Assembly (NCBI GenBank): GCA_964370145.1
Contig: CAYJIE010000001.1
Location: 24,705-88,704 of the forward strand
Length of the DNA stretch: 64,000 bases
Source of the DNA: an uncultured Oscillospiraceae bacterium
Lineage (GTDB): Bacteria; Bacillota; Clostridia; Oscillospirales; Feifaniaceae
Reading direction: 5' to 3'
Shown here: in pieces, positions 18,994 to 29,899 of the stretch
Layout: each line of letters opens with the position of its first letter
Numbering within the stretch: the first letter of the stretch is position 1
Translations under genes and position numbers: made by a program
Notes under the pieces: model-generated
What the model saw: the letters and a program-made list of their open reading frames with translations, nothing else
Told to the model about the DNA's origin: nothing
The model's database searches: none

Positions 18994-20438
18994 AGTGCAG
19001 TCCCTCCGATTTCCTGTTCAAGCGCATGTCCGACTCCATAGAGGAGTTGCTCGGACAGGGGCTTTCCGATTAGCTGTACGCCGATTGGTAGCTTTTCCTT
19101 CGTCATAGCGCAAGGCATGGCGAGTGAGGGCAGCCCTGCTATATTAATGGGCACGGTGTAGATGTCACCCATATACATCTCGACAGAGCTCATCGTCTTT
19201 TCGCCCAGTTTATAGGCGACGGTAGGCGCGACTGGTGAGAGAATGAAGTCGCATTTATCATGCGCTTTTTTGTAGTCCTCCATTATCAGTGTTCGCACTT
19301 GCAAAGCCTTTTTGTAATATGCGTCGTAGTAGCCGGAGGAAAGTGCAAATGTACCGAGCATAATCCTCCTTTGCACCTCTTTGCCAAAGCCCTCTGAACG
19401 TGAATTTATATAAACTTCGTCTAAAGTGCCTGCTTTTTCACTGCGATGACCATAGCGAATGCCGTCGAAGCGAGCGAGATTGCTCGACGCTTCAGCAGAA
19501 GATATGATGTAATATGCGGATAGGGCATGCTCTAAATTCGGCAGTTTAATCTCCTCGATTTTAGCACCCATGCTCTCGAATTTTTTCGCAGTTGCCATAA
19601 CGGCATCTTTGACTTCAGGGGAAATTCCATCTGCAAAAAATTCACTGGGAAGTCCGACAACAAGGCCCTTGACATCTCTGCCGATTTGCGACATATAGTT
19701 TGGGCGAATACCCTTATTTGATGTAGCATCAAGTTTGTCATGGCTCGCAATAGCTGACAGCACCAGTGCATTGTCGAGCACTGTTCTTGTCAGTGGACCG
19801 ACTTGATCGAGGGACGATGCGAACGCAACCACGCCATATCGTGACACGGTGCCATATGTCGGCTTCATTCCGACTACGCCGCAAAATGCTGCAGGCTGGC
19901 GAATTGAACCGCCGGTATCAGAGCCCAGCGAAAAAGCCGCCTCGTATGCCGCCACACTGGCAGCAGAGCCCCCTGACGAGCCTCCAGGGACACGCTCTAT
20001 GTCATGTGGATTTTTCGTTGGCTTAAAATGTGAATTTTCACAGGAAGAGCCCATGGCGAATTCGTCCATGTTAAGCTTTCCAAGCGGAATATATCCGCTG
20101 TCATCGAGATTTTTCGCAACAGTTGCACTGTAATTTGGGACGAAGTTTTCAAGCATTTTTGAAGCGCAAGTGGTTGAAATCCCACGAGTACAAATATTGT
20201 CTTTAAGCGCACCGCTTATGCCAAGGAGAAGCGCCTCATCTCCATTTGCAATACGTTTGTCTGCCTCGCTTGCACGCTTAAGTGCAAGTTCGCTGGTCAC
20301 ATTTAAATAAGCTCCGATGTCGCCATCTTTCTTTGCAATATTATCAAGATATGCCTGTGTGAGTTCGACGGAGGAAACTTCTTTATTCTTAAGCATTTTT
20401 CTTTGCTCGCTAATTGAAAATTTAGTTAAATCTTTCAT
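18990..20438 (-). CDS. gatA: Asp-tRNA(Asn)/Glu-tRNA(Gln) amidotransferase subunit A
   Basis: 482 aa with the amidase signature GGSSGGSAASVAA and the motif GSDTGGSIRQPA. Confidence 0.95.
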   Translation of the reverse strand: MKDLTKFSISEQRKMLKNKEVSSVELTQAYLDNIAKKDGDIGAYLNVTSELALKRASEADKRIANGDEALLLGISGALKDNICTRGISTTCASKMLENFVPNYSATVAKNLDDSGYIPLGKLNMDEFAMGSSCENSHFKPTKNPHDIERVPGGSSGGSAASVAAYEAAFSLGSDTGGSIRQPAAFCGVVGMKPTYGTVSRYGVVAFASSLDQVGPLTRTVLDNALVLSAIASHDKLDATSNKGIRPNYMSQIGRDVKGLVVGLPSEFFADGISPEVKDAVMATAKKFESMGAKIEEIKLPNLEHALSAYYIISSAEASSNLARFDGIRYGHRSEKAGTLDEVYINSRSEGFGKEVQRRIMLGTFALSSGYYDAYYKKALQVRTLIMEDYKKAHDKCDFILSPVAPTVAYKLGEKTMSSVEMYMGDIYTVPINIAGLPSLAMPCAMTKEKLPIGVQLIGKPLSEQLLYGVGHALEQEIGGTAL

Positions 20439-20568
20439 TTCATGACCTTCCTTTCTGTGTGTTTTGGGCGGTTTTGCAATTGAAAATACAAATCTGCAAA
20501 ATTTCGGTTGCCTTTAGACCGAAAAGCACAAAACACGGTTTGAAAAAATGTTTTTTCAAACTCCCCCT

Positions 20569-22662
20569 CTATTCAAATGACTTCGGAACATAAATATATT
20601 CCTCTGTCTTAGTTTTGGCATTGCTAAGGAGCTCTGCACGGTCACTCTTGTCTGTTGCAATGTCTTCTCTTAACACATTTGACATTGGGAGCACATGTGC
20701 AGTGATTGGAACACCCTCAGTGTCAACTTTTGAGAGGGCGTCAGCGAAGTCCACAATTGCCAACATATCCTCCTCCATGACAGTGATGTCTTTTTCTGAG
20801 AATCTCAGATGCGATAGCTCTGCAATACGCATAACATCAATTCTCTTATGCTCTTTTTGCTTAAGGAATCGCTCTCTCTCCTCGATGTCTGTGAAAGCGC
20901 CGACAAGTGCTAGCTCATGAAGTTGAGAGATGTCAACCTCTGTTGGAGCTCCTGTCATCGGGCAGGAGGCATCTTTATTTTTGGGGAATGCGATTACATC
21001 ACGCAGACTGTCAGCGCCGAGCAGTAGCATAACAAGCCTATCTAGCCCAAAGGCAAAACCTCCATGCGGCGGTGTGCCATAGCTAAACGCGCCGATCATA
21101 AATCCAAAACGCTCTGCGATTTCCTCATCACTAAAACCGAGCATTTCAAACATCTTATGCTGGAGCTCACTATCATTTATACGAATTGAACCGCTTCCAA
21201 GTTCCGTTCCATTGAGCACAACATCATATGAAAGGGCGCGCGCCTTGTCGGGCTCGGTGCTCATCTTCTCGATATCTTCGGGATGCGGCTTTGTGAATGG
21301 GTGATGCTTTGCAACATATCGCTTGTGGTCGTCGTCCCACTCAAACATCGGGAAATCATTGACGATTACAAATTTATAGTCGTCCTTTTTGCGCAAGCCA
21401 AGCATATCGCCGACCGCAAGGCGAAGTCCTGCAAGAACCTTGCAAACTATATCATATTTATCTGCGGAGAACAAAATGAAATCGCCCTTTTTAGCGCCAA
21501 CACGCTTGAGGAGCGCTTTCATCTCCCTATCCGTGAAATATTTTGTTAAGATGGAGTAGATTTCGCCGTCGGGACGATAGGAAATCCAAGCCATGCCCTT
21601 TGCGCCGAGTGCCTGCGCCTTATTCGTCAAATCCTCAATTTCCGTACGTGTGAAATCGGATTTGCAGTCAACATTGATAGCACGCACGACTCCTCCGCTA
21701 GTGACGGCATTTTTGAAAACGGAAAATGAGCATTTTGCGGCAATATCTGTTACATCGACGATGGGCAAGTCAAATCGCAAATCAGGTTTGTCACAACCAT
21801 ATGTCTCCATCGCCTCATGATAGCTCATGCGTGGAAATGGCTTTTTGAAATCAAGCCCCATCACTTCAAAGAGCACATGTTTAAACAGCTTTTCAAGATG
21901 TGTCAACACGTCCTCTTCAGTACAAAATGACATCTCCATATCCACTTGAGTGAACTCGGGTTGTCGGTCTGCTCGAAGATCTTCGTCCCTAAAGCAGCGT
22001 GCAACTTGATAGTATTTATCTACACCGCCCACCATGAGGAGTTGCTTGAAGATTTGCGGACTTTGTGGCAGCGCATAGAATTCGCCCGCATGAACACGGC
22101 TGGGAACAAGATAGTCTCTTGCGCCTTCGGGAGTTGATTTGCAGAGGATTGGAGTTTCAACAGAGATGAAACCATCGCTGTCGAGATAGTTTTCTATGGC
22201 TCTTTGCACTCTGTGTCGCAGTCTTAAATTGCCTAACATCTCAGGGCGTCGTATGTCTAAATAACGGTATTTAAGTCGCAGGTCTTCACGGACAGCATTG
22301 CCCTCCTCAAGGGGGAATGGCAGAGTTTTTGCCACTGACTGTACGATGAGATTTTTTGCTCGAAGCTCTATCGTTCCAGTTGGTATATTAGCATTATATG
22401 TGTCCTCGCTGCGAATTTCAATTACTCCTTGCACGGTGATTACAGATTGGATTTTCAAAGCATCGGCAAGTGCAAAGTCATGCGAATTCATATCAGAGCT
22501 GTCAAACACGACTTGAAGAACACCTTCCCTATCAAATAAGTCAACGAAAACGATGCCACCCATATCTCTTTTTGTGCGCACCCAACCGGAGACGGTAATA
22601 TTCTGTCCGACACTCTTTTCAGCAACCAAACCACAATAAACGGTTCTCATTAATTCACCCAC
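20569..22662 (-). CDS. aspS: aspartate--tRNA ligase (bacterial type) with a C-terminal GatC domain fused in frame
   Basis: 697 aa. Residues 1 to ~585 form a full AspRS (FRDEDLRADRQPEFTQVD, GGFAFGLDRLVMLL, GAD insertion). The last 92 aa, at about nt 20572-20847, align with GatC (IAELSHLRFSEKD, VDTEGVPITAHVLPMSNVLRED, YIYVPKSFE). Confidence 0.85.
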   Translation of the reverse strand: MGELMRTVYCGLVAEKSVGQNITVSGWVRTKRDMGGIVFVDLFDREGVLQVVFDSSDMNSHDFALADALKIQSVITVQGVIEIRSEDTYNANIPTGTIELRAKNLIVQSVAKTLPFPLEEGNAVREDLRLKYRYLDIRRPEMLGNLRLRHRVQRAIENYLDSDGFISVETPILCKSTPEGARDYLVPSRVHAGEFYALPQSPQIFKQLLMVGGVDKYYQVARCFRDEDLRADRQPEFTQVDMEMSFCTEEDVLTHLEKLFKHVLFEVMGLDFKKPFPRMSYHEAMETYGCDKPDLRFDLPIVDVTDIAAKCSFSVFKNAVTSGGVVRAINVDCKSDFTRTEIEDLTNKAQALGAKGMAWISYRPDGEIYSILTKYFTDREMKALLKRVGAKKGDFILFSADKYDIVCKVLAGLRLAVGDMLGLRKKDDYKFVIVNDFPMFEWDDDHKRYVAKHHPFTKPHPEDIEKMSTEPDKARALSYDVVLNGTELGSGSIRINDSELQHKMFEMLGFSDEEIAERFGFMIGAFSYGTPPHGGFAFGLDRLVMLLLGADSLRDVIAFPKNKDASCPMTGAPTEVDISQLHELALVGAFTDIEERERFLKQKEHKRIDVMRIAELSHLRFSEKDITVMEEDMLAIVDFADALSKVDTEGVPITAHVLPMSNVLREDIATDKSDRAELLSNAKTKTEEYIYVPKSFE

Positions 22663-22712
22663 GACACAGTCTCCTTTAATCGATTAATTTAATTATATGG
22701 TATATTCCATCT

Positions 22713-22741
22713 ATTATATAGCTAATTATGGATATTTGCAA
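22713..22741 (-). promoter_or_regulatory. sigma-A type promoter for aspS
   Basis: Reverse strand: TTGCAA (22741-22736), a 17-nt spacer, then TATAAT (22718-22713). This implies a ~45-nt leader, too short for a T-box. Confidence 0.5.
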
Positions 22742-22937
22742 GCGTATTCTGTAATTTCGGAAAAATTAATAATAAAAGCAAATAAAATGAATAAGCTTTT
22801 GTAAATATTTTTAAATTTTCTGATAATAATTATCACATTTTTTTGAGTGATTTTTGCACATATGTAAGCATTTATATATATTTGTCAAATTTATGTAAAA
22901 TAATCGTTAAATTATGAGGTTAATATTGGATATTATA

Positions 22938-22967
22938 TTGACAATGTTATCTTTGATATGGTACGAT
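22938..22967 (+). promoter_or_regulatory. candidate promoter for the glycogen operon
   Basis: TTGACA (22938-22943), an 18-nt spacer, then TACGAT (22962-22967) preceded by TGG, which resembles an extended -10. Confidence 0.35.
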
Positions 22968-23044
22968 ATTGGTAGTTATAAAAAATGGGAGCAGTGTGAC
23001 TTTTTTCACTTAGCGAAATCATTATTGAGCGGTGGGAGGTGTAT

Positions 23045-24961
23045 ATGAGCAAAGTTTTTCTATCTCAAGATGAGATATATCTATTTAACAATGGAGAATT
23101 CTTTGACAGTTATCTGCGCTTTGGCTCGCATGTAATTGAAGATGGACAGGGCGTCGAGGGCGTTCATTTTGCGTGCTGGGCACCAAATGCAAAGTCGGTA
23201 AGAGTGGTGGGTGACTTCAATTCATGGGATATAAATAAAGATATCATGGAGCGACACGAGGGCGGAGTTTTCACAACATTCATCCCATCCCTTGGCGAGG
23301 GAGAAAAATATAAATATCAGATTGAAACATATACGGGAGAGTATGTGTTTAAGAGCGACCCATATGCTTTTTGGTCAGAAGTGAGACCGCATACAGCGTC
23401 AATCGTACGAAGCCTTGAGAATAAGCATAAATGGGGCGACGCAAAATGGTATAGAGAGCAGAGGAAGTCTGCACCTCGCGAGAAAAAAATGCTTATATAC
23501 GAAGTGCATCTTTCCTCTTGGAAAGTGCATGAAAACGGCAATTGGCCGACATATAGAGAATATGCGGATATGCTAATTCCATATGTGAAAGATATGGGTT
23601 ATACACATATTGAGTTAATGCCTCTAACAGAGCATCCCTTTGACGGTTCGTGGGGATATCAAGCGACTGGCTATTACAGTGCCACAAGTCGCTATGGGAC
23701 ACCTGAAGATTTGATGTTTTTTGTAGATATGTGTCATCAAAACGGAATTGGTGTAATCATGGATTGGGTTCCAGGGCATTTTTGCAAAGACGCACATGGG
23801 CTTGGATTGTTTGACGGAACCCCTTGCTTTGAAGCTGAGGAGCATTTGCAATGGGGGACATATAAGTTTGATTTTTCCAAGAAGGAAGTTAGAAGTTTTC
23901 TAATTTCAAATGCGCTGTTTTGGATTGAGAAATTCCATTTTGACGGTTTGCGAGTGGATGGCGTGTCCTCCATGCTACATTTGGACTTTGATCGAGAGGA
24001 ATTTGAGCCCAATATATATGGGGGAAGAGAAAATCTCGAAGCAATTCAATTCTTAAAGGACTTAAATCGAATCGTTATAACAAAGCATCCTACGGCGATG
24101 ATGATTGCCGAGGAGTCCACCGATTGGCCAATGGTGACAAAGCCTGCGTTTGACGGGGGCTTGGGCTTTACTTTTAAGTGGAATATGGGTTGGATGAATG
24201 ACACCCTCAAATATATGGAGACTTGGTTTGAGGACAGGCGAAAGCACCATGATCTTGTGACTTTTTCCATGATGTATGCGTTTTCGGAGGAATTTATCCT
24301 GCCAATGTCACATGATGAGGTTGTGCATGGGAAGTGCTCGCTGGTGAATAAGATGCCGGGGGATAACTGGCAAAAGTTTGCAAATTATCGAGCAATGTAC
24401 ATGTATCAAATGGCACACCCCGGTAAAAAGCTCACATTCATGGGTTGTGAATTTGCACAGTATATCGAGTGGAAATATTACGAACCGCTTGAGTGGTTCA
24501 TGTTGGACTATCCATTGCACAGACAATTTATGCAGTTCACAAAGGAACTAAATCATCTCTATTTAAGCGAGGGTGCTCTTTGGCAGAATGAGAGCAGTTG
24601 GGATACTTTTGAGTGGCTGGACGCTGACAATAATGAGCAGGCGATTTTGTCATTTGTGCGACGTGCAAAAGGATGCGATGATTTAATTGTCGTTATAAAT
24701 TTCAGACCCGAGGCATATGATGAATTTCGTATTGGTGTTCCTTGTGAAGGGACATATGTCGAGTTGTTCAACACTGATAAGTCAGAGTATGGCGGAGCGG
24801 GATATCACAGAAATCTTGCGACACAAAGCGAAGCAAAGCTATTTCATAAATGCGAGCACTCAATAAAAATCAAGCTACCACCGCTTGGAGCGGTTGTTCT
24901 AAAAAGAGAAAAAAAGGTAAGGAAAGCGAGAGTTACAAAAAAGACTGCGTCAAAGCAGTGA
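23045..24961 (+). CDS. glgB: 1,4-alpha-glucan branching enzyme
   Basis: 638 aa from the ATG at 23045, 6 nt after GGGAGG. GH13 motifs are GVIMDWVPGHF, DGLRVDGV, IAEEST and SHDEVVHGK. Confidence 0.93.
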   Translation: MSKVFLSQDEIYLFNNGEFFDSYLRFGSHVIEDGQGVEGVHFACWAPNAKSVRVVGDFNSWDINKDIMERHEGGVFTTFIPSLGEGEKYKYQIETYTGEYVFKSDPYAFWSEVRPHTASIVRSLENKHKWGDAKWYREQRKSAPREKKMLIYEVHLSSWKVHENGNWPTYREYADMLIPYVKDMGYTHIELMPLTEHPFDGSWGYQATGYYSATSRYGTPEDLMFFVDMCHQNGIGVIMDWVPGHFCKDAHGLGLFDGTPCFEAEEHLQWGTYKFDFSKKEVRSFLISNALFWIEKFHFDGLRVDGVSSMLHLDFDREEFEPNIYGGRENLEAIQFLKDLNRIVITKHPTAMMIAEESTDWPMVTKPAFDGGLGFTFKWNMGWMNDTLKYMETWFEDRRKHHDLVTFSMMYAFSEEFILPMSHDEVVHGKCSLVNKMPGDNWQKFANYRAMYMYQMAHPGKKLTFMGCEFAQYIEWKYYEPLEWFMLDYPLHRQFMQFTKELNHLYLSEGALWQNESSWDTFEWLDADNNEQAILSFVRRAKGCDDLIVVINFRPEAYDEFRIGVPCEGTYVELFNTDKSEYGGAGYHRNLATQSEAKLFHKCEHSIKIKLPPLGAVVLKREKKVRKARVTKKTASKQ

Positions 24962-24986
24962 TTAAAGAAAGTGTAGGTAGATTGCA

Positions 24987-27455
24987 ATGAAGCATGTAAT
25001 GGATTTTCTATTTAAAGACAAAGAAGAATTCAAAAAACTCTATAAAGAAAAATTTGTTGAAACAGAGGGTAAGGCGTTTGAGCAAGGCTCAACTAGAGAG
25101 CATTACCATGCCCTTGTTAGCTTACTTAAAGACAGACTAAATTTGAACTGGACAAAGTCAATAAAGAGCTATTCGGAGAAGAATGAAAGACAAGTGTATT
25201 ATTTTTCAATGGAATTTCTAATCGGAAAGCTACTTGAGCACTATCTTGTAAATCTCGGGTTAGTTGATGTCATTCGTGATGGTTTAAATGACTTTGGAGT
25301 AAGCCTTGAGGATATATATCTTGAGGAGTCTGACGCAGGACTTGGCAATGGCGGTCTTGGTCGTCTTGCGGCTTGTTTCCTTGACAGCCTTGCTTTCTTG
25401 GGTATTCCAGGACATGGCAATGGTATGAGATATCAAATTGGACTTTTTGCACAGAAGTTTGTAGATGGCTATCAAGTTGAGATGCCTGATAACTGGCTGA
25501 AAAATCCATATCCTTGGGAGCAACGCAAAGCGGAGAAGGCCGTGGTTGTAAAGTTCAAGGGACGTGTTGAGCATGAAGTGGTGGGCGGAGTTGAGAAATT
25601 CGTACTCCGTGACTATGAGCCTGTGCTCGCAGTGCCATATGATGTGCCAATGGTGTCATATAACTCTATTGGAAATATCAACAACTTGCGTCTTTGGAAA
25701 GCAGAGCCAATGTCAGAGGAGCTTGACATGGCGATGTTTAATGCAGGTGACTTTGCAAGAGCGATGGGATATAGAAGTGAGGTCGAGGCGATTTCATATA
25801 TCCTCTATCCGGAGGATAGTGGCGCTTCAGGGCGTGAACTCCGTCTAAAACAAGAATATCTGATTGTTGCCGCAGGTATCGGTTCGATTATTCGACATCA
25901 CAAGAAAAACGGCAATGACATAAAAATCCTTGCGAAGAAAGTCGCAATACATATAAATGATACCCATCCTGCATTGGCGGTACCTGAACTCATGAGAGTG
26001 CTAATCGATGAAGAGGGAATGGGCTGGGAGCAAGCTTGGGCAATCACAGGCAATACGATTTCTTATACAAATCACACGATTTTGCCGGAGGCGTTGGAGA
26101 AATGGCCTGTTGACCTCATGCGATATCTGCTTCCAAGGCTGTATCAAATTACAGAGGAGATTGACAGAAGATACAAAGAGGTAATTTTGCGTCGCTTCCC
26201 AGGAAACCACAGACTTGTGGACGCAACATGCATCATCAAGGATGGCTATGTGAGAATGGCTAATCTTTCAGTAATCGGAAGCTACTCTGTAAATGGTGTT
26301 GCGGCGCTACACACTGATATCCTTAAGAGTTTTGTAATGGCGGATCACTACAAAGTGGCACCGTATAAATTCAACAACAAAACAAATGGTATCAGTCACA
26401 GACGATTCCTACTAACAGCAAACTACAATCTTTCAAAGCTAATTACAAAGACGATCGGATACACTTGGAAATTCAATGCATTTGAACTTGAAAAACTTAT
26501 GGATAAAGTAAATGATGACGGTTTCTTAATCGAGATGGCTGAGGCGAAATTTAAGAATAAGCAAAAACTTGCCGCATATATTAAGAAACATAACAATGTT
26601 GTCATTGATCCCAATTCAATTTTTGATGTACAAGTTAAGCGTATTCACGCATATAAGAGACAACTGATGAATGCACTTAAAATCATGGATTTGTACAATC
26701 GATTAAAAGAGGATCCAAAACTTGATATCACCCCTGTAACTTTCATATTCGCAGGCAAGGCGGCACCGGGATATCACTACGCAAAAATGGTAATCAAGTT
26801 AATAAATTCAATTGCTGACATTGTTAACAATGACAAGGCGATTAAGGGCAAGATTAAGGTCGTGTTCCTTGAGAACTTCAATGTTACACTTGGGCAATTG
26901 ATTTACACTGCTGCTGATATCAGTGAGCAAATTTCAACAGCTAGCCAAGAAGCGAGCGGCACAGGAAACATGAAGTTCATGATGAATGGTGCAATCACTC
27001 TTGGAACAATGGATGGAGCGAATGTTGAGATTTACGAGAGCGTTGGTGAGGAAAATATTAAAATCTTCGGGCTTTCTGCGGATAAAGTAATTGAGTATCA
27101 AAGAGCGGGCGGATATCGCTCATGGGACGAGTATATGGGCAATGCCTCAATTAAAAAAGTGCTCGATCAACTTGTAAACGGATACTTCAAGGGTCTTGAG
27201 GGTGAGTTTAGAGAGATATTTGATTCGCTGACAATTGACAATGATTCCTTCTTTGTACTAAAAGACTTTATTGCATACAGAGACGCATTCACAGAGCTTT
27301 GCGGACAGTATAAAGATAAGAAAAAATGGAGTCAAATGGCATTAAATAATATCGCTAAGAGTGGCGTATTTAGCGCTGACCGCACAATTAAAGATTATGC
27401 GGCAGACATTTGGAAAGTTAGATTTATAGACAATGAGAGCACATATAATGACTAG
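24987..27455 (+). CDS. glgP: glycogen/maltodextrin phosphorylase
   Basis: 822 aa with the GT35 PLP-lysine motif EASGTGNMKFMMNGA and the motif DAGLGNGGLGRLAACFLDS. Confidence 0.95.
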   Translation: MKHVMDFLFKDKEEFKKLYKEKFVETEGKAFEQGSTREHYHALVSLLKDRLNLNWTKSIKSYSEKNERQVYYFSMEFLIGKLLEHYLVNLGLVDVIRDGLNDFGVSLEDIYLEESDAGLGNGGLGRLAACFLDSLAFLGIPGHGNGMRYQIGLFAQKFVDGYQVEMPDNWLKNPYPWEQRKAEKAVVVKFKGRVEHEVVGGVEKFVLRDYEPVLAVPYDVPMVSYNSIGNINNLRLWKAEPMSEELDMAMFNAGDFARAMGYRSEVEAISYILYPEDSGASGRELRLKQEYLIVAAGIGSIIRHHKKNGNDIKILAKKVAIHINDTHPALAVPELMRVLIDEEGMGWEQAWAITGNTISYTNHTILPEALEKWPVDLMRYLLPRLYQITEEIDRRYKEVILRRFPGNHRLVDATCIIKDGYVRMANLSVIGSYSVNGVAALHTDILKSFVMADHYKVAPYKFNNKTNGISHRRFLLTANYNLSKLITKTIGYTWKFNAFELEKLMDKVNDDGFLIEMAEAKFKNKQKLAAYIKKHNNVVIDPNSIFDVQVKRIHAYKRQLMNALKIMDLYNRLKEDPKLDITPVTFIFAGKAAPGYHYAKMVIKLINSIADIVNNDKAIKGKIKVVFLENFNVTLGQLIYTAADISEQISTASQEASGTGNMKFMMNGAITLGTMDGANVEIYESVGEENIKIFGLSADKVIEYQRAGGYRSWDEYMGNASIKKVLDQLVNGYFKGLEGEFREIFDSLTIDNDSFFVLKDFIAYRDAFTELCGQYKDKKKWSQMALNNIAKSGVFSADRTIKDYAADIWKVRFIDNESTYND

Positions 27456-27514
27456 GCTCATATATTAATAAAGTGCTATAATCTAACCAGATAAAAATTT
27501 ATAGGAGGTAACTT

Positions 27515-28714
27515 ATGGAGCGCAATGAATGTATCGCAATGTTGCTTGCCGGCGGGCAGGGAAGTAGACTTGGTGCGATGACGCAAGATATCGCAAAACC
27601 CGGTCTATCATTTGGCGGCAAATACAGAATAATAGATTTTAGTTTATCCAATTGTACTAATTCGGGCATTGAGACAGTCGGCGTACTCACGCAATATAAA
27701 CCGTTTTTGCTTAATACATATGTTGGTATTGGTTCGGCGTGGGATCTTGACCGTGATCAAGGCGGAATGCATGTGCTTCCACCGTATATGAGTGCGAGTG
27801 GCGGCGCGTGGTACAAGGGAACTGCAAATGCGATTTATCAAAACATGGAATTTATTGATAATTACGATCCTGAATATGTGCTTATTTTATCAGGTGACCA
27901 TATATATAAAATGGATTATTCAAAGATGCTCGAAGTCCACAAGGACAATGAAGCTGATTTGACAATTGCAGTGCTTGAAGTGCCTGATGAAGAGACAAGT
28001 CGCTTTGGGATAATGACAGTTGACGACAGTGATCAAATCATAAAATTTACTGAAAAGCCAAAGAATGCAGATAGTAATCTCGCATCAATGGGTATTTATA
28101 TATTCACTTGGGATGTGCTTAAGAAAGCACTCATTGCAGATGAAGCTGATGAGGATTCTGACAATGATTTCGGTAAGAATATCATTCCAAAATTGCTAGA
28201 GCAAAAATGCAAGCTCATGGCACATCGCTTTGTTGGTTATTGGAAAGATGTCGGAACGGTTACAAGTTACTACGAGACAAATATGGAGTTGCTTGAAGTT
28301 GAAAACGGGCTTGACATTTTTGATACGAATTTTAGAATAGCTTCAAATGCGGATATATTACCGCCGCAATTTATTGGAGTGGATGCAAAAGTTGATGATA
28401 GCTTAATTAGCAATGGTTGCACCGTGCTCGGAACAGTAAAACGCTCGATTCTTGGACCGGGGGTATATGTTGCTGAGGGAGCAGAGGTGGTGGATTCAAT
28501 CTTGCTACCATACTCCAAAGTGGGAAGTTCAAGCACAGTTGTTAAGACAATTCTTGGTGAGAAGTCGAGCGTTGGCGAGAGATGCATGCTGGGTGCAAAA
28601 CGCGAAGATGAAGAGCAAGCTAAGAACAATGGAATTTGTGTTGTTGGAAACAGCTGCATTCTAAACGAGAACATGACAATTTTCGAGGGCGATGAGCTTA
28701 GAAGACATCAATAA
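27515..28714 (+). CDS. glgC: glucose-1-phosphate adenylyltransferase, catalytic subunit
   Basis: 399 aa with [14 protein letters not shown] and [15 protein letters not shown], plus a C-terminal left-handed beta-helix region. Confidence 0.95.
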   Translation: MERNECIAMLLAGGQGSRLGAMTQDIAKPGLSFGGKYRIIDFSLSNCTNSGIETVGVLTQYKPFLLNTYVGIGSAWDLDRDQGGMHVLPPYMSASGGAWYKGTANAIYQNMEFIDNYDPEYVLILSGDHIYKMDYSKMLEVHKDNEADLTIAVLEVPDEETSRFGIMTVDDSDQIIKFTEKPKNADSNLASMGIYIFTWDVLKKALIADEADEDSDNDFGKNIIPKLLEQKCKLMAHRFVGYWKDVGTVTSYYETNMELLEVENGLDIFDTNFRIASNADILPPQFIGVDAKVDDSLISNGCTVLGTVKRSILGPGVYVAEGAEVVDSILLPYSKVGSSSTVVKTILGEKSSVGERCMLGAKREDEEQAKNNGICVVGNSCILNENMTIFEGDELRRHQ

Positions 28715-28756
28715 AGCGGAATAAAAAACAAGCTATGAAAGCGAAGGATTAATCAC

Positions 28757-29884
28757 ATGATAAATGCAATTGGAATAATAAGCTCAAATTATCGTTCTGA
28801 CTTGCTCGACTCACTTAGCAAGATAAGGCCTGTGGGAGCTATACCATTTGGCGGGAGGTATAGGTTGATAGACTTTGCTCTGTCAAACATGGTGAACGCA
28901 GGAATAAGAACAGTTGGAATAATCGTGCCATATAGATATCGACCGATTTCAGACCATTTGGGAGCGGGCAAAGATTGGGGACTTGATAGAAGAACGGGCG
29001 GAATGTTTGTGTTGCCAAGTGCAATACCTGACTTGCACTTTAGAATATATAAATTCTGCCTTAAAGATTTTGCCGCAAACTTGGAGTATATGACAAACAC
29101 TGACGCGGATTATGTGGTGATTAGCTCCTGCAACTATATTTACAATATAAATTACAATGACATCATAGAAAAACATAAAAAAGAAGGCGCAAATGTGACT
29201 TTGGTGTACAAGAATTTACCGAGCGAGGACTCGGCGACTACGTCCATTATTGAAACGGATAGCGAGTCAAATGTTGTAGACATCATCAAACCAGGGCAAA
29301 AGAGCGACAGCGATGAAAAACATGAGATGTATAAGCATTTTGCGGATATATTTGTGTTTAATCGTCTGGAATTTGTAAGAATGGTTCAAGCTTGTGTAGA
29401 CCTGGAGTTTACAGATTTAGTGGATTTGATTAAGGCTAATTTACAATTGCTTAAAGTGACTACATATGAAATTGAAGGTTATTTTGAGCAAATTTATTCG
29501 GTGTCAGACTATTACAGAGCAAGCATGGATATGTTAAATCACTCAATTCGACATGAACTGTTTATGAGCAAGAGGAGAATTTTGACAAAAGTCAAGGACA
29601 ATCCTCCAACAAGATATAGCGGGGATATTGAGGTGCATAATTCACTCATTTCAAGCGGTTGTGTGATAAAGGGTGAAATTACGGACAGCATTATATTTAG
29701 AGGTTGCGAAATTGAAGAAGGTGCGGTCATAAAAAATAGTATTATAATGCAAAATTGCAAAATTGGAAGAGACTGCATAATTGAAAATGTGATCATGGAT
29801 AAGGCAGTGGAAATAAACAACAGCGTCGTTTTGAAGGGATTCAAATATCGCCCAATGGTAATTCCCAAGGGCAGTAAATTATAA
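28757..29884 (+). CDS. glgD: glucose-1-phosphate adenylyltransferase, GlgD subunit
   Basis: 375-aa GlgC paralog lacking the GGxGxRL loop (it has FGGRYRLIDFALSNM). Its position after glgC is the usual Firmicute arrangement. Confidence 0.85.
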   Translation: MINAIGIISSNYRSDLLDSLSKIRPVGAIPFGGRYRLIDFALSNMVNAGIRTVGIIVPYRYRPISDHLGAGKDWGLDRRTGGMFVLPSAIPDLHFRIYKFCLKDFAANLEYMTNTDADYVVISSCNYIYNINYNDIIEKHKKEGANVTLVYKNLPSEDSATTSIIETDSESNVVDIIKPGQKSDSDEKHEMYKHFADIFVFNRLEFVRMVQACVDLEFTDLVDLIKANLQLLKVTTYEIEGYFEQIYSVSDYYRASMDMLNHSIRHELFMSKRRILTKVKDNPPTRYSGDIEVHNSLISSGCVIKGEITDSIIFRGCEIEEGAVIKNSIIMQNCKIGRDCIIENVIMDKAVEINNSVVLKGFKYRPMVIPKGSKL

Positions 29885-29899
29885 TTGGAGGAAATTTTG

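Noticed and set aside
20439-20568. A stand-alone gatC expected between aspS and gatA.
   Set aside because: The 130-nt gap has no ORF of suitable size or frame. The GatC-like sequence sits at the C-terminus of the aspS ORF instead.
22663-23038. T-box leader upstream of aspS (and likewise upstream of serC at 50286-50431).
   Set aside because: I found no T-box consensus (AATNNGGGTGGTACCGCG-like) on the relevant strand. The predicted promoters leave leaders of only about 40-45 nt.
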